Shown piece after piece: positions 13,749 to 25,240 of a stretch of 64,000 bases of DNA. The notes beneath the pieces are model-generated. The model saw nothing but the letters and a program-made list of their open reading frames with translations, did not search any database and was not told where the DNA came from. The translations under genes were made by a program, and so were the position numbers. Every line of letters starts with the position of its first letter. The stretch's first letter is position 1. This DNA is from Eledone cirrhosa. Taxonomy: Eukaryota. The stretch is taken from positions 9,796,001 to 9,860,000 of the forward strand of contig OZ024755.1 of the NCBI GenBank assembly GCA_964016885.1. The letters are read 5' to 3'.

Positions 13749-15069
13749 ATCATACAATTTTATTTTACATTTTAAGCATAAGTGCGTGTATTGTGAAAAC
13801 ACGTGTGTATATTTTACAGCCTGGGGTGGGGGTCCGGTAGGAGAGTGGGAGTTTTGCCGGTAGGGATTTTGTCCTCTGGGCTGTTTGTATTTCAAGTGCT
13901 TTACTTATTTTATTGACCTTAGCTTGTTTAAGGATATAGAAGGACACAACAAACACTGACATTACAAAGAAACAAAAACAAAATCAAGATGCAATGATGT
14001 TCGGTTGTTAAATCATACAAATAGCAGATATCCTGTTCAATAAAAAGGATACACGGTCGTTTGAATGAAAACATTTTAAAGTTCCCTCTCGGGGTTTTCT
14101 TCTTCTTTCTTTCAGCTCTTAAAAAAGGAGTGGGGATTTCCGAATTTGTTTTTTTAACATCCGAAATTCAAAATCTGAAACATTTTTATTTTTTTAAATA
14201 TAAATCAGAAAAAAAAAATATATATATATATATATATGGCGAGTGTTTTGTGTTGCATCAAACAATTTTAGAGAGCAACACCAGTATTCCCTACCGACTC
14301 TCTTTTTTATTGATTTATTTATTTTATTTTATTTTATTGATAGTAGTACTGATGACAGGTAGTTCGCGTTATATTAGAAAGGGCATCCAACCGTAGAAAC
14401 CAAATGAGGTCGTTTCGATCAGTTTGCTCTCGGATCGTGACAAACCATCCAAAACATGCCAGCATGGAAAGCAGATGATAATGATGTAAATCTTATAAAT
14501 AAATGGTAAAATAAAAAATTAGAGGGGGTGGAATAAAATTCACTCTAAAATGAATAAGTCTGAAAGTAATGAAGAACGAAAGTATTGAATAATGAATGAA
14601 TTGCCTCCCTTTGTTTATTTCAAATGCTTTGCGTCAATTTTCATAATAATTGTTTCTACTTTTGGCACAAGGCCAGCAATTATTTCAGTGCATTACTGGT
14701 ACTTTATTTTATCGACCCCGTAAGGATGAAAGGCAAAGTTAACCTCGGCGGGTTTTGAACTCAGTTCGTAAAGGGACGTAACTGTGCTGCAAAGCATGGC
14801 ACCCGACCCTCTACCGATACTGCCAATTCACGTAGTGCTCAGGTGCACTACAACCCGTCATTTAAATTGAGGACACTTGTCTACATGTCGATTTTTAAGG
14901 CCTGATGAAATTATTTAGCGTAATTTGAAAGGATATATCAATAATAATAATAATTGTTTCTACATTTGGCACAAGGCCAGCATTTATCTCAGTGGTGCTT
15001 TATTTTATCGACCCCCGCAAGGATGAAAGGCAAAGTTAACCTCGGCGGGATAATAATAATGATGATTTC

Positions 15070-15435
15070 TTTATTAGCCATACAGGGCTCACATTAAGAA
15101 AACATTAAAGACAGCACAATGTAGGTTTTTTTCGCGAAAAAATGTTTAACAAAAACAGCAATCGTAAAAATTCGAAGAAAAGAAAATTCCTCAATAAGGG
15201 AGAAACTTTCATGCGTCACTGATGGAAAAAGGCCACAAAAAGTCATGGTCGCTCTGACCGCTTGGCCAAGTGCACTCTCCCAGTCGTCCTCCTCCGATCT
15301 GCAGGCGCATATTCAGAACAGGCCCATTCACACGGGCCAATATTCTCCACTCTGATTTTCCTCTTCGATTAAAACCTGAAAAAATTAAGTAGAACTTCGT
15401 CGAAGAGGAAAGTGTCTGACCGTAACCCTTTCAAA
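15070..15435 (-). mobile_element. Degenerate LINE 3' end (Tx1/L1-like, tentative)
   Basis: Minus strand reads KGLRSDTFLFDEVLLNFFRF*SKRKIRVE, then a pyrimidine-rich 3' region and simple-repeat tail. Family assignment is from memory. Confidence 0.4.
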
Positions 15436-15642
15436 GACCAGGAATTTGGAGGAAGTTGAAAATAAATTACTTGACTGATGTTTGATTTTATCAACTCCTG
15501 AAAGATGAACGTAAAAAATAACGAAAAAATATCGCAAATGAAATATTTATTTTATGAAGTTACTTAAAACAAAAAAATATATACGACTTCCCTTTCTAAC
15601 TTCAAAGCAACTTGTGTACTTTTGTGTAATAATAACAGAAAA

Positions 15643-15752
15643 CGGATGTGACGTAAAACACATATAATGACTACGAGACCACAACTTTTATTCTCGTGAA
15701 ATTTATAGAATCCGATGGAACAATTTGATGTCTTCGGAAACGAAGGCTTTCG
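15643..15752 (+). promoter_or_regulatory. Probable YOD1 promoter and 5'-UTR exon
   Basis: CGGATGTGACGTAA (ETS-CRE-like) at ~15643, CpG-enriched, donor CG|GTAAAT at 15752/15753. YOD1 has an acceptor 8 nt before its ATG, implying an upstream exon. Confidence 0.45.
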
Positions 15753-16235
15753 GTAAATTTCTTCGTAAAAAATGTAGGTTGGATATTATTCTTTTTCTAA
15801 TGCATTTTAATTGGCTACTTTTTTTTCTTTGTTTTGAAAAAAATTCTAAATTTATTATATTACCGATCATTAAAAATATATATATATATTCAATCCAATC
15901 ATAGCTATTGTTTGGCAGTATTTCCATGGGTCGTCAATTCCAAAGCCGGCGCCATTTCAGAACTCCAAATTTCTTTGTCATAACTATTTATATTTTCATA
16001 CATTGCTTTCGATATTTTCAAGAAAGTCAGTTATCATCTAGGACTTATACAATAATAAACTGTTATATATTTTTAGACGAATCGCTATATTATAAGTATT
16101 CCCCCATAAAAAGAAATTCTCTCACATACACCGGCATGAATATACATACAAACCTACTTCTAAAATCTATGTTGTGTATATATAGTAAATATATACAGCA
16201 AATAAACATTAAAACTTAGTTAGGAATATATATAT

Positions 16236-16273
<38 letters not shown>

Positions 16274-16313
16274 GCTAGATACCGTTATATCAAGTTTACC
16301 TTCGTGTGTGTGT

Positions 16314-16345
<32 letters not shown>

Positions 16346-16348
<3 letters not shown>

Positions 16349-16421
16349 GGTGTCCCAAAAAATTCATACATTCTTGCCTGTGCAGGTAATCAAAGTGTAT
16401 ACATTTTTGGGGGACACCCTG
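16346..16421. mobile_element. Tc1/mariner-type MITE (76 bp)
   Basis: TIRs CAGGGTGTCCCAAAAA / TTTTTGGGGGACACCCTG at the edge of a (TA)n run. Confidence 0.8.
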
Positions 16422-18047
16422 TGTATGCTAGATATATTAAATCTTCATATATATGTATACACACACACAAATATGATTTGTTTGTTGTTGTTTTTTAATA
16501 GTTATTTAAAAACACAAGCTTGATTTTTTTTTTTAATGAAGAGAATACGATAGAATCTTTCAGTTTTCATCGTTCTTGGGACAATTTTTAGAAAACAAAG
16601 AAGAAAAAACCTTAGAAACCGTCTCGATATGTTAACCTATGTCTAAATAATAAACAATGGGGCGTTCTTTCGTTTTAAGTAGACGGCAATATCCGATCAA
16701 TAATTTCATTTTATGTTCATTTAAATCATCGATTTCTTTCATATTTTCTTTAGTCACTATCAAACGTAATTTAATTTTAAATATTTTCTTTTACAAATAA
16801 ATCATTCTGAATTTACATATAGCAAATTCCCTCAGATATGTAGGAAAGATTAAAAGTGATGGCTCCGTACATGCTGCGATATTTCTTTTTCTTTCACTAA
16901 TAAATAATTAGTAGTATACATATACAGATCAATCAAGTATCGTTTATTTTTGTTTTATTCATAGCATTATGTAAGGTGATTGATGTCTCCTTAAAACGGA
17001 AAAAAGCGCCAACAATAGCTACGTCTATGATATTGAATATGCAATTGTGTGTCTATCTAATGATTTATAAATATAGACACCTAACAACACACACACTTAA
17101 ACATGACTTAAGCTTTATCTTTAATATTTTGATAACAATTACCGCATGGAAAAGTCGTTTTAGCCATTTAAAAACAAACAAAACTGTTTGCTTTATAATT
17201 AGTGGTAAGAAACTCCGAGGAGAGCTGGACAGCGGAAGCTCCTCAGAGAAGAAACCCCGCTCAAGCGAGTGTTTCAGCCCTTAATCATTTATTTCTTGGT
17301 GTTAAAATTTTCGTCGCATTTGTTGTGACCTGGTCAGTGAGAGTTCCACTGCAGCTGACCTTAACATATTTGTTTCTGATTTAACCCATTCAAATTTACA
17401 CCAATTATCCGAAACTTAATGTCTGTCTGTCTCTGTGTGCAAGTCAACTTCATTGATTAACAAAACCCTATGATGTAAGGTACCAAGAAACAATGATCAC
17501 CACATCACCTACTTTCTCTTACAGTCTATATAAATGACTAATACATAAACTATTATGAAGGCGCATTGCTTAGTGGTTAAAGCATTGGGCTGGCAATCGG
17601 AAGGTTGTGAGTTAACTGTTTATCCCTTTCATTACCCAATTTCTCAGGAAATCCATTGCTTCTGGCTTTCAAATCAACAATTCTGAAGATATTTAGTAAA
17701 ATAACTTTATTTAGCTGGTGTCTAGAACATAACAAAGTTCGTCACATAAAATTATGATGGAAGGTTTTTAGATAAACCCATTAAAATATACGGCTTAGTA
17801 TTGTAGAATCAGGTGTGGGGTAAGTAGTATCAGAAGAGTTACTAGCATAATTTCTTGGAGAGATTAGATCTTGAAAATATTCTTCCTCTTTTACACTTTC
17901 TTCATTATTAAGACTATTACTGAAGTGTTTTCGTGATAGCATTGGACGTTAAATGATGATTCCCTTCAGAATGTTATATCTATTTGCATAACATCTTGCA
18001 TCAACTAATATATATTTATAAATCTTTTCTTTTTTTCAGTTTTCATC

Positions 18048-18983
18048 ATGAGTAATAACCAAATCCGGCTGCAGTGCAAGAGCAGTACTGGCAAACATGT
18101 CCTCAGTGGATTAACTCTGCAATCTACTGTTGCTTGTCTCAAACAACTTATTACTAAAGTCACTAACATTCCGTCAGAACAGCAGAAGATCTTCTATGGT
18201 TATCCTCCAAAACATGCTAACCTTAGTGATGACAACTTAAAGCTTTCAGGTTGTCCTTTCCGATCTGGAGATCTTCTCATTGTGGAAGAGAGTTTGGGTT
18301 CGAAAGTCAAAGATCCTGCTTCCAAACCTCTTTCGACTATTGACAAAAGCAGTAGTGTTCCAAAGACTCGGAGATCACCAGGTATTTTAATACGGAAAGT
18401 TGTACCAGCCAATAACTGTTGCTTGTTTACAAGTGTTAATACAGTAATGAATAATGGATTAGTTGACCTTTCATGTGCTGAGAGCATGCGGAAATTAGCT
18501 GCAAAAATAGTCAAGAACGATCCAGTAACTTATTCAACCGCTTTACTAGGACAAGAGAATTCTAAATATACGAATTGGCTTCTAAAAGAAGATTCTTGGG
18601 GCGGTGCTATTGAAATTTCTGTGCTAAGCAAACATTACAATGTTGAGATTGATGTGGTTGACACTCAGTCAGGTCGTATTGATCGATTCGGTGAAGATCA
18701 GAAATATGATAAAAGAGTATTATTGATTTACGATGGTATACACTATGATCCTTTGATATTGGAGCTTGATGATTCTACGTGTGAGACTATATTTTCAACC
18801 AGTGATGATGATGTGCTGCAACAAGCCCTCGAACTTGCTGCCCTGGCTAAAGCTAATAGACAATTTACTGACGTGAATAAATTCACTTTGCGTTGTATGG
18901 TTTGTCAGGCCCAATTGACAGGTCAGTTAGAAGCTCAACAACATGCTGAGCAGACAGGTCACATTCAGTTTGGACAGATTTAG
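18048..18983 (+). CDS. YOD1: Ubiquitin thioesterase OTU1 (YOD1), 311 aa, single coding exon
   Basis: N-terminal UBX-like domain (QKIFYGYPPK...RSGDLLIVEE), OTU domain (VVPANNCCLFTSV; WGGAIEISVLS; RIDRFGED; LLIYDGIHYDPL) and C-terminal C2H2 finger (LRCMVCQ...AQQHAEQTGHIQFGQI). Acceptor TTTTTTCAG ends at 18039. Confidence 0.96.
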   Translation: MSNNQIRLQCKSSTGKHVLSGLTLQSTVACLKQLITKVTNIPSEQQKIFYGYPPKHANLSDDNLKLSGCPFRSGDLLIVEESLGSKVKDPASKPLSTIDKSSSVPKTRRSPGILIRKVVPANNCCLFTSVNTVMNNGLVDLSCAESMRKLAAKIVKNDPVTYSTALLGQENSKYTNWLLKEDSWGGAIEISVLSKHYNVEIDVVDTQSGRIDRFGEDQKYDKRVLLIYDGIHYDPLILELDDSTCETIFSTSDDDVLQQALELAALAKANRQFTDVNKFTLRCMVCQAQLTGQLEAQQHAEQTGHIQFGQI

Positions 18984-19454
18984 TTCCACACACATATTAT
19001 ATATATATATATAATATACATATATATATTATACATATACCTACATATAATATACATATACCTACATATATATACATACATCCATATACACATGCATATA
19101 AATATATGCATGTATATTCCAATTCTCAGTTTTTATCAGGTAAATCACTCTGTGTTGGTATAGCTTGTAACATAGGTATCATGTTCTTGATATACGATCA
19201 AAATATTCAATTGAAAGAAAAAACAGTTTCTAATGTATGATATATATTTGTATGTCTCTGTCTTTTCTATTGTTGCTAAGCTGTCTTAATGTTTGAAGCA
19301 TTCAGGGATCTTTATTGGATTGTCTTCTCCTTAAAGGATTTGAAATGGAATCTCTCTGTTTTAATGGGCACATATATCAATATAATTTAATGTCTCATGT
19401 TATTTATGTTAGTAATTAAATTTGAATGGATCTTTAATAATTAAGACTATGAAG

Positions 19455-19571
19455 TAATATATATATATGTATGTATGTATATATATATATATGTATATGT
19501 ATATGTGTATGTATATATATATATGTATGTATATATATATATATGTATGTATATATATATATATGTGTATG

Positions 19572-19640
<69 letters not shown>

Positions 19641-19642
19641 GT

Positions 19643-19673
<31 letters not shown>

Positions 19674-19675
19674 TG

Positions 19676-19707
<32 letters not shown>

Positions 19708-19839
19708 TATGTGTATACATATATATATATGTGTATATATATATGTATGTGTGTGTATATATATGTATGTGTGTGTATATATATGTATGTGTATATATAT
19801 GTATGTATATATATATATGTATGTATATATGTATGTATG

Positions 19840-19871
<32 letters not shown>

Positions 19872-19877
19872 TGTGTG

Positions 19878-19909
<32 letters not shown>

Positions 19910-19917
19910 TATGTGTG

Positions 19918-19948
<31 letters not shown>

Positions 19949-20025
19949 GTGTATATATATATATGTATGTATATATATATGTATGTATATATATATATAT
20001 ATATATGTGTGTATATATATGTGTG

Positions 20026-20058
<33 letters not shown>

Positions 20059-20136
20059 GTATGCATATATATGTATGTATATATATATGAATGTATGTAT
20101 ATGTATGTATGTATATATATATGTATATGTATGTAT

Positions 20137-20168
<32 letters not shown>

Positions 20169-20545
20169 GTATATATGTATGTATATAAATATGTATATGT
20201 ATGTATATATATATATATGTATGTATATATATATACATATATATATATGAATGTATCTGTGTGAGAGTGTGTATGTACATATGTATGTGTGAGTGTGTGT
20301 ATATATTTGTCTATGTATCTAATATACATATATGCATGCATGTATATATATATGTATGTGTGTATGCATGTATATATATATATATATATGTATGTGTGAA
20401 TGCATGTATATATACATATATGTCTGTGTGTTTGCATGTATATATATGTCTGTGTATGCATGTATATATATCTATGTGTGTATACATATATATATATACA
20501 TGTATGTGTGTATACATATATATATATATACATGTATGTGTGTGT
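19455..20545. repeat. ~1.1-kb compound (TA)n/(TG)n/(TATG)n microsatellite
   Basis: Directly visible; source of the Y/I/H/T-rich spurious ORFs. Confidence 0.97.
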
Positions 20546-21916
20546 TTTTAAAAACGGCGCAGATAGAACACATGAGATAAGGTGGAAGAAAAAACAGTCA
20601 GAGTGAGAGGTTAAAACAAGGTAAAAAAAAGATGAAAAAGAAGAAAAAGTGATGAACAATATATATGCACAAAAATGTTTTAAAAATGTGTACAATGAAA
20701 ATATATCAAATAAAAAATACAAACAAAGGACATGATGTTTTGGGTTAAACTCCTTATTGAAGTAGAATAAAAGAATGGAATAAGAAAATTGTTAGAACAA
20801 TACTAAGTTAAAGAACAAGTCTGACTTGTGGAGCGTATGTGTGTATATATATATGTGTGTGTGTGTGTGTATGTATGGTCTCGTAATTCCTGATAGAGTC
20901 ATAGGGGTCCTGCATTGACATATGGCGTTCCTTGGGTATTTCAAGTCTGGCGGAGCCCAACCCTCTCTAGGCCTAAGGACAGCAGATTTCTTCTAGGGAG
21001 TTACGGAAAAGATATATATATATTTCCTTAGGATAAGGAAGAGGTCTAGCGATGAGTTTTCTCATACATATATATATATATATATTATAAAGTGAGGTTT
21101 TTTTTTTACAAAATGAAAAAAAAAGAGGTGTCCTACGCGAGTGAAAGTAAAGGGGAAAAAATGAAATCGAAAATGCAACTGGAGTCTTTTTTTTTTAAAT
21201 ATATTTATTTGGTTTACCGGTTTCGCAGTTCTTGTGCTTTTCAAAAGTAGAATTAAGATGGAGGGTTTGTGGTTTTTCCAAAGAATATGTATGCATATAT
21301 ATATATATATGCATACATATTCTTTGTTTATGTTCATACACAGAATGGAAAAGCGCTAACTTTAGTTTCAATGTCTAGTAATAACCATCTCCCCAGACCA
21401 TATATGGTACGGGGAGGTGACCATAACTGGGCCTTGAAAACTAAGGTAGCCCTTTTTTGTTCTGAGTATGAACATAAATATATAATATATCAGCTCTTAC
21501 ACTACTTTCTTTATCACACACGGATATTTTGTGATGCTTATATCATCATCATCATCATCATCATCATTTTTTGCGTCCGCTTTTCCCTGCTTGCAAGGGT
21601 GGGACGGGAACTGATTCTGGCTTGATTTCTACAGCTGGATGCCCTTCCTAACACCAACCTCATTTACAGTGCTGGGTGCTTTTTTGCTGTGGCACCTCCA
21701 CGACCACTTTGCAGTGGAATGATATGGACCCCAGTCCCTATCATCTCATTTCTACAACTGAGTAAACTGGAGCAATGTGAAATAAAGTGTCTTGCTCAAG
21801 GAAACAACACATCACCCGGTCTGAGAATTGAACTCAACCTTTCGTAAAGCCAATGCTCTAACCACATATATATAAATAAATATAAAAATATGCGTGTACG
21901 CGACTATACATATATA

Positions 21917-21977
21917 TACGTTATAAATCTAGTGAAGCATGTTCGAATCGAACATGCTTCACTAGATTTATAACGTA
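21917..21977. repeat. Perfect palindrome, 30-bp arms, 1-nt spacer
   Basis: TACGTTATAAATCTAGTGAAGCATGTTCGA-A-TCGAACATGCTTCACTAGATTTATAACGTA. Confidence 0.97.
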
Positions 21978-22489
21978 CGAATACTTGAACGACGAACCCT
22001 AGATGATTTAAAAGAAAAACTGGGCATTGGAAGATAAATGCGTGTGTGCATATATTTGGTTCAAATGTAGTCTAGGGGAGATAATCAAAATAAGTCTTAT
22101 GTAGTTAATTGTCGTCTGCTGAGTGGTACTGAAACAGTTTGAACTCCGTAAAACTAAGAACATGGATTTGCAGCAATAATATAAACTAGAAAAGCTGGGG
22201 TGTTAATAGTGGATGGTTAGAGACTCGATGATTTTACCATTTACCCATGTGTAAGGTACAAACCTCATGAAACACACTACAGTCAGTAACTCTTATCTTT
22301 TCCAACATCTGAGATTAACGGAAGAAACTGAAATAAAATGTTTTATAAAACTACCACAGAATTATAATTATTTTTACCTATATAAAATTACTTGATGTTA
22401 ACCATAATGATAAATACAATCCCAAAATTTGCCCGTTTTATGACGGGAGCACCAACAGGCATACATACACACACACGCACATATATATA

Positions 22490-22524
<35 letters not shown>

Positions 22525-22914
22525 TCCTAGGGTCTGTTATTTAACCAATAATCAGCTCTGCGGAAGCAGACCTCGAACGAAAGACGGCCTAGGCCTACCC
22601 TTGATTAACCCAACAAGGTATCGTATTGTGTATGGAAGATGACAGTGTGTACTGTATCCTCCAGTAGGTTTTTTTAGGGACATTTGGCTGCTATTTCTAG
22701 CACATCTCAATCCTTTTGCAATCGCACAATAAACTAGAAATTGCAGACAAATCTTCCTAAATAATAAACACCCAAATGTTTTTAAATAGTTAACTCATGG
22801 TCCTTACCTTGGATGTATTCCATCATAACAGCACATTCAGCTTCCCAGCATCTTGTATAGTCAAAGGTAAATAGTATTTAGTATTGTGTGTGTATATATA
22901 TATATATATATATA

Positions 22915-23810
22915 CGTGGTGTGTCAGAAAAGTTCCAGGACTGATGTCACAAAAGATTTATTTCAAACCCAAACTTCACACTTAGGAGTTTTCTCCTTCA
23001 AAGTAATCCCCCTGGGGTCTAATGCACTTTTTCATCCTTTTCTGCCACGCTTGCATGCACTCATGGAAGGATTCTTCCGGGATCCTCCGCAGTTCCGTCG
23101 TCATGGCCTTTTTGATGTCGTCCACGTCTTCAAAACGGGTCCTCTCCGGGTCGAACTTGAAGATCCATGACTCATCACCGGTGATGACTGTACCTAGCAA
23201 GTCTGGTTCGGTTTCAAGACGCTCGAGGATGTCGTGGTACACTTGCATACGTCGACCCTTCTGGTCATCGTGCAGCAGTTTTGGCACCATCTTCGCGCAG
23301 ACTTTCCGCATATCCAAATCTTCAGTGAAAATCTTCCAGACGCTGTCCCGATTGATGCCCAGCTCATTTGCCATCAGTCGAACAGTCAACCGACGATCGC
23401 TACGCACCATCTGCCTGACGCGCTCAACGTTGACCTCAGTCCTGGTTGTTGAGGGCCATCCGCTCCTGGGGTCATCTTCCACGTCCTCGCGTCCTTCTTT
23501 AAACCTCTTGCACCACTCAAAAACACGTGAGCGTGATATCGTCTCATCTCCATACACTTGCTGCAGCAATTCCAGTGCTTCTGACGGAGTTTCCAAGTTT
23601 GTTCGTGGCTCTGTGCTCATTGCTTGGCGACCTGAAACAGAGGACATGTATATAAAATTATGAAGAAAAAAGTTTGATCGTTGCAGAGAGCTAAGATTAC
23701 AGTTACATACTCCAGAGGGATTACTTTGAATGAGAAAACTCTTAGTGTGAAGTTTGGGTTTGAAATAAATCTTTTGTGACATCAGTCCTGGAACTTTTCT
23801 GACACACCTC

Positions 23811-23811
<1 letters not shown>
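22915..23811 (-). mobile_element. Mariner element, internally deleted (897 bp), ~95-bp TIRs, inserted in (TA)n
   Basis: TIR CG(T/A)GGTGTGTCAGAAAAGTTCCAGGACTG... at both ends, flanked by TA. ORF 23620-22982 has HTH regions (VFEWCKRFKEG...PRSG.PST), KMVPKLL, ITGDESW and GDYFEG, but lacks the HDNA and YSPDLAP motifs. Confidence 0.93.
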
Positions 23812-23860
<49 letters not shown>

Positions 23861-24452
23861 CAGTTCAAAATCCGGCAATCGGGAGTCTAGTTAATCCATG
23901 GTAATCCGTGTTTAGGGTAATGTTCGAATGGCAGGCAGGCCGTGTAAGCGTGGGGAAAATAGTTAATGAATGAAACAAAACAAACACAGGGATGCAAAAA
24001 TACAAAGTCAGATTAGGTTCATGCTTGGAGGAAGTGGACGTGTGTTTGAATTTTAACAAGCTAATTGTATATTTGCTTTGTTTAATATATCATTGCATCT
24101 CTCAACCTTTAAACATTAACAACATGAAATTAGAAGAAGCTTGGAATTCCCTCCAAAAACTAAGCCTCACTTTCACTTTGGATCTCTCATGTCTCATGTA
24201 CATTACTAGACATGACTGTAACTGCTTTTAACAGACTGGCTCTTCTCAGCATCGTTGAATAAGGATTAAATTATGTCCAAGGCAAATGGAAGAAAACGGT
24301 TTATATAAGGACGTTGGGACTTCCTCAAGATTTTTTAGGTAAGCTAACATATTAAAATATTGCCACCTGATACGTGTTATCTTCGATACACAAAACGATA
24401 CCTTGTTGTGTTAATCAAGAGTAGGCCCTGTGTGCATATAACTATGGTTATG

Positions 24453-24524
<72 letters not shown>

Positions 24525-24769
24525 AGGTAGATCAGGAATTCTTCTGTATTTGAATGAGACACATGTAAATCAATTAAATAATATATGAGATTTTGCTTAT
24601 ATATATATACGTAGTTTCTTCGCTCACTCGATGGAGAAGAGGGATGAGACCGTCACCGAGCGGTGGTTCATTGATCTGGTGTGAAGCCTGTGGTGCATGT
24701 TGCGCGTCTCCACGGGCACGGATGCAGCCAAAGCTCGACCTTTCGTCTATAAAAGGTATATATATATAT

Positions 24770-25240
24770 ATGATCCGTATGAAGGATGACAGTTGCATAA
24801 AAAGGTGCAGAGCACTAGAAGTCGATGGAAGCCGCGGAGTGGGGAGACCCAAGAAGACCTGGGATGAGGTGATAAAAGCCGACCTTACCCAATTGCACCT
24901 CTCAAAGGCGATGACGCAGGACCGTGACCTTTGGTGTCACGCAGTAATACAGAAGACCCGACTTCCCACGGGTACAAGCCGAAGCTGCAAAGTGGTCGTG
25001 GAGGTGCCACGGCAAAAAAGGACCCAGCCCACACTGTAAAGTGGTCGTGTAGGCACCACAGAAAAAGAACACCTAGCACTCACTGTAAATGAGTTTTATG
25101 TTAGGAAGGGCATGGAGTCCAAATCAGTTCCCGTATGAGCAAGACAAGGTCAGCCGACCGGGCACTGCCCACAACAGGACAACCCGGCTAACCCATGCTA
25201 GCGTGGAAGAATGGACGTAAAACGGTGATGAAAATGATGA
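24770..25240 (+). mobile_element. RTE-clade LINE 3' end with SINE-like tail
   Basis: RMKDDSCIKRCRALEVDGSRGVGRPKKTWDEVIKADL...QDRDLW (RTE 'RGRP..W' C-terminus), ending AACCCATGCTAGCGTGGAAGAATGGACGTAAAACGGTGATG. Confidence 0.75.

Noticed and set aside
14898-14940. CTGATGA-AATTA...TAATT-TGAAA
   Set aside because: Register is off by one, the AT-only stem is weak, and the 3' part is interrupted by a SINE.
19409-20722. Long ORFs (up to 437 aa) rich in Y/I/H/T/M/V/C
   Set aside because: Translation of a dinucleotide microsatellite; the same applies to the ORFs at ~28900, 44256 and 55534-55981.
23022-23663. 213-aa plus-strand ORF
   Set aside because: Antisense shadow of the mariner transposase; likewise 18200-18514 (YOD1) and 32219-32554 (CR1).
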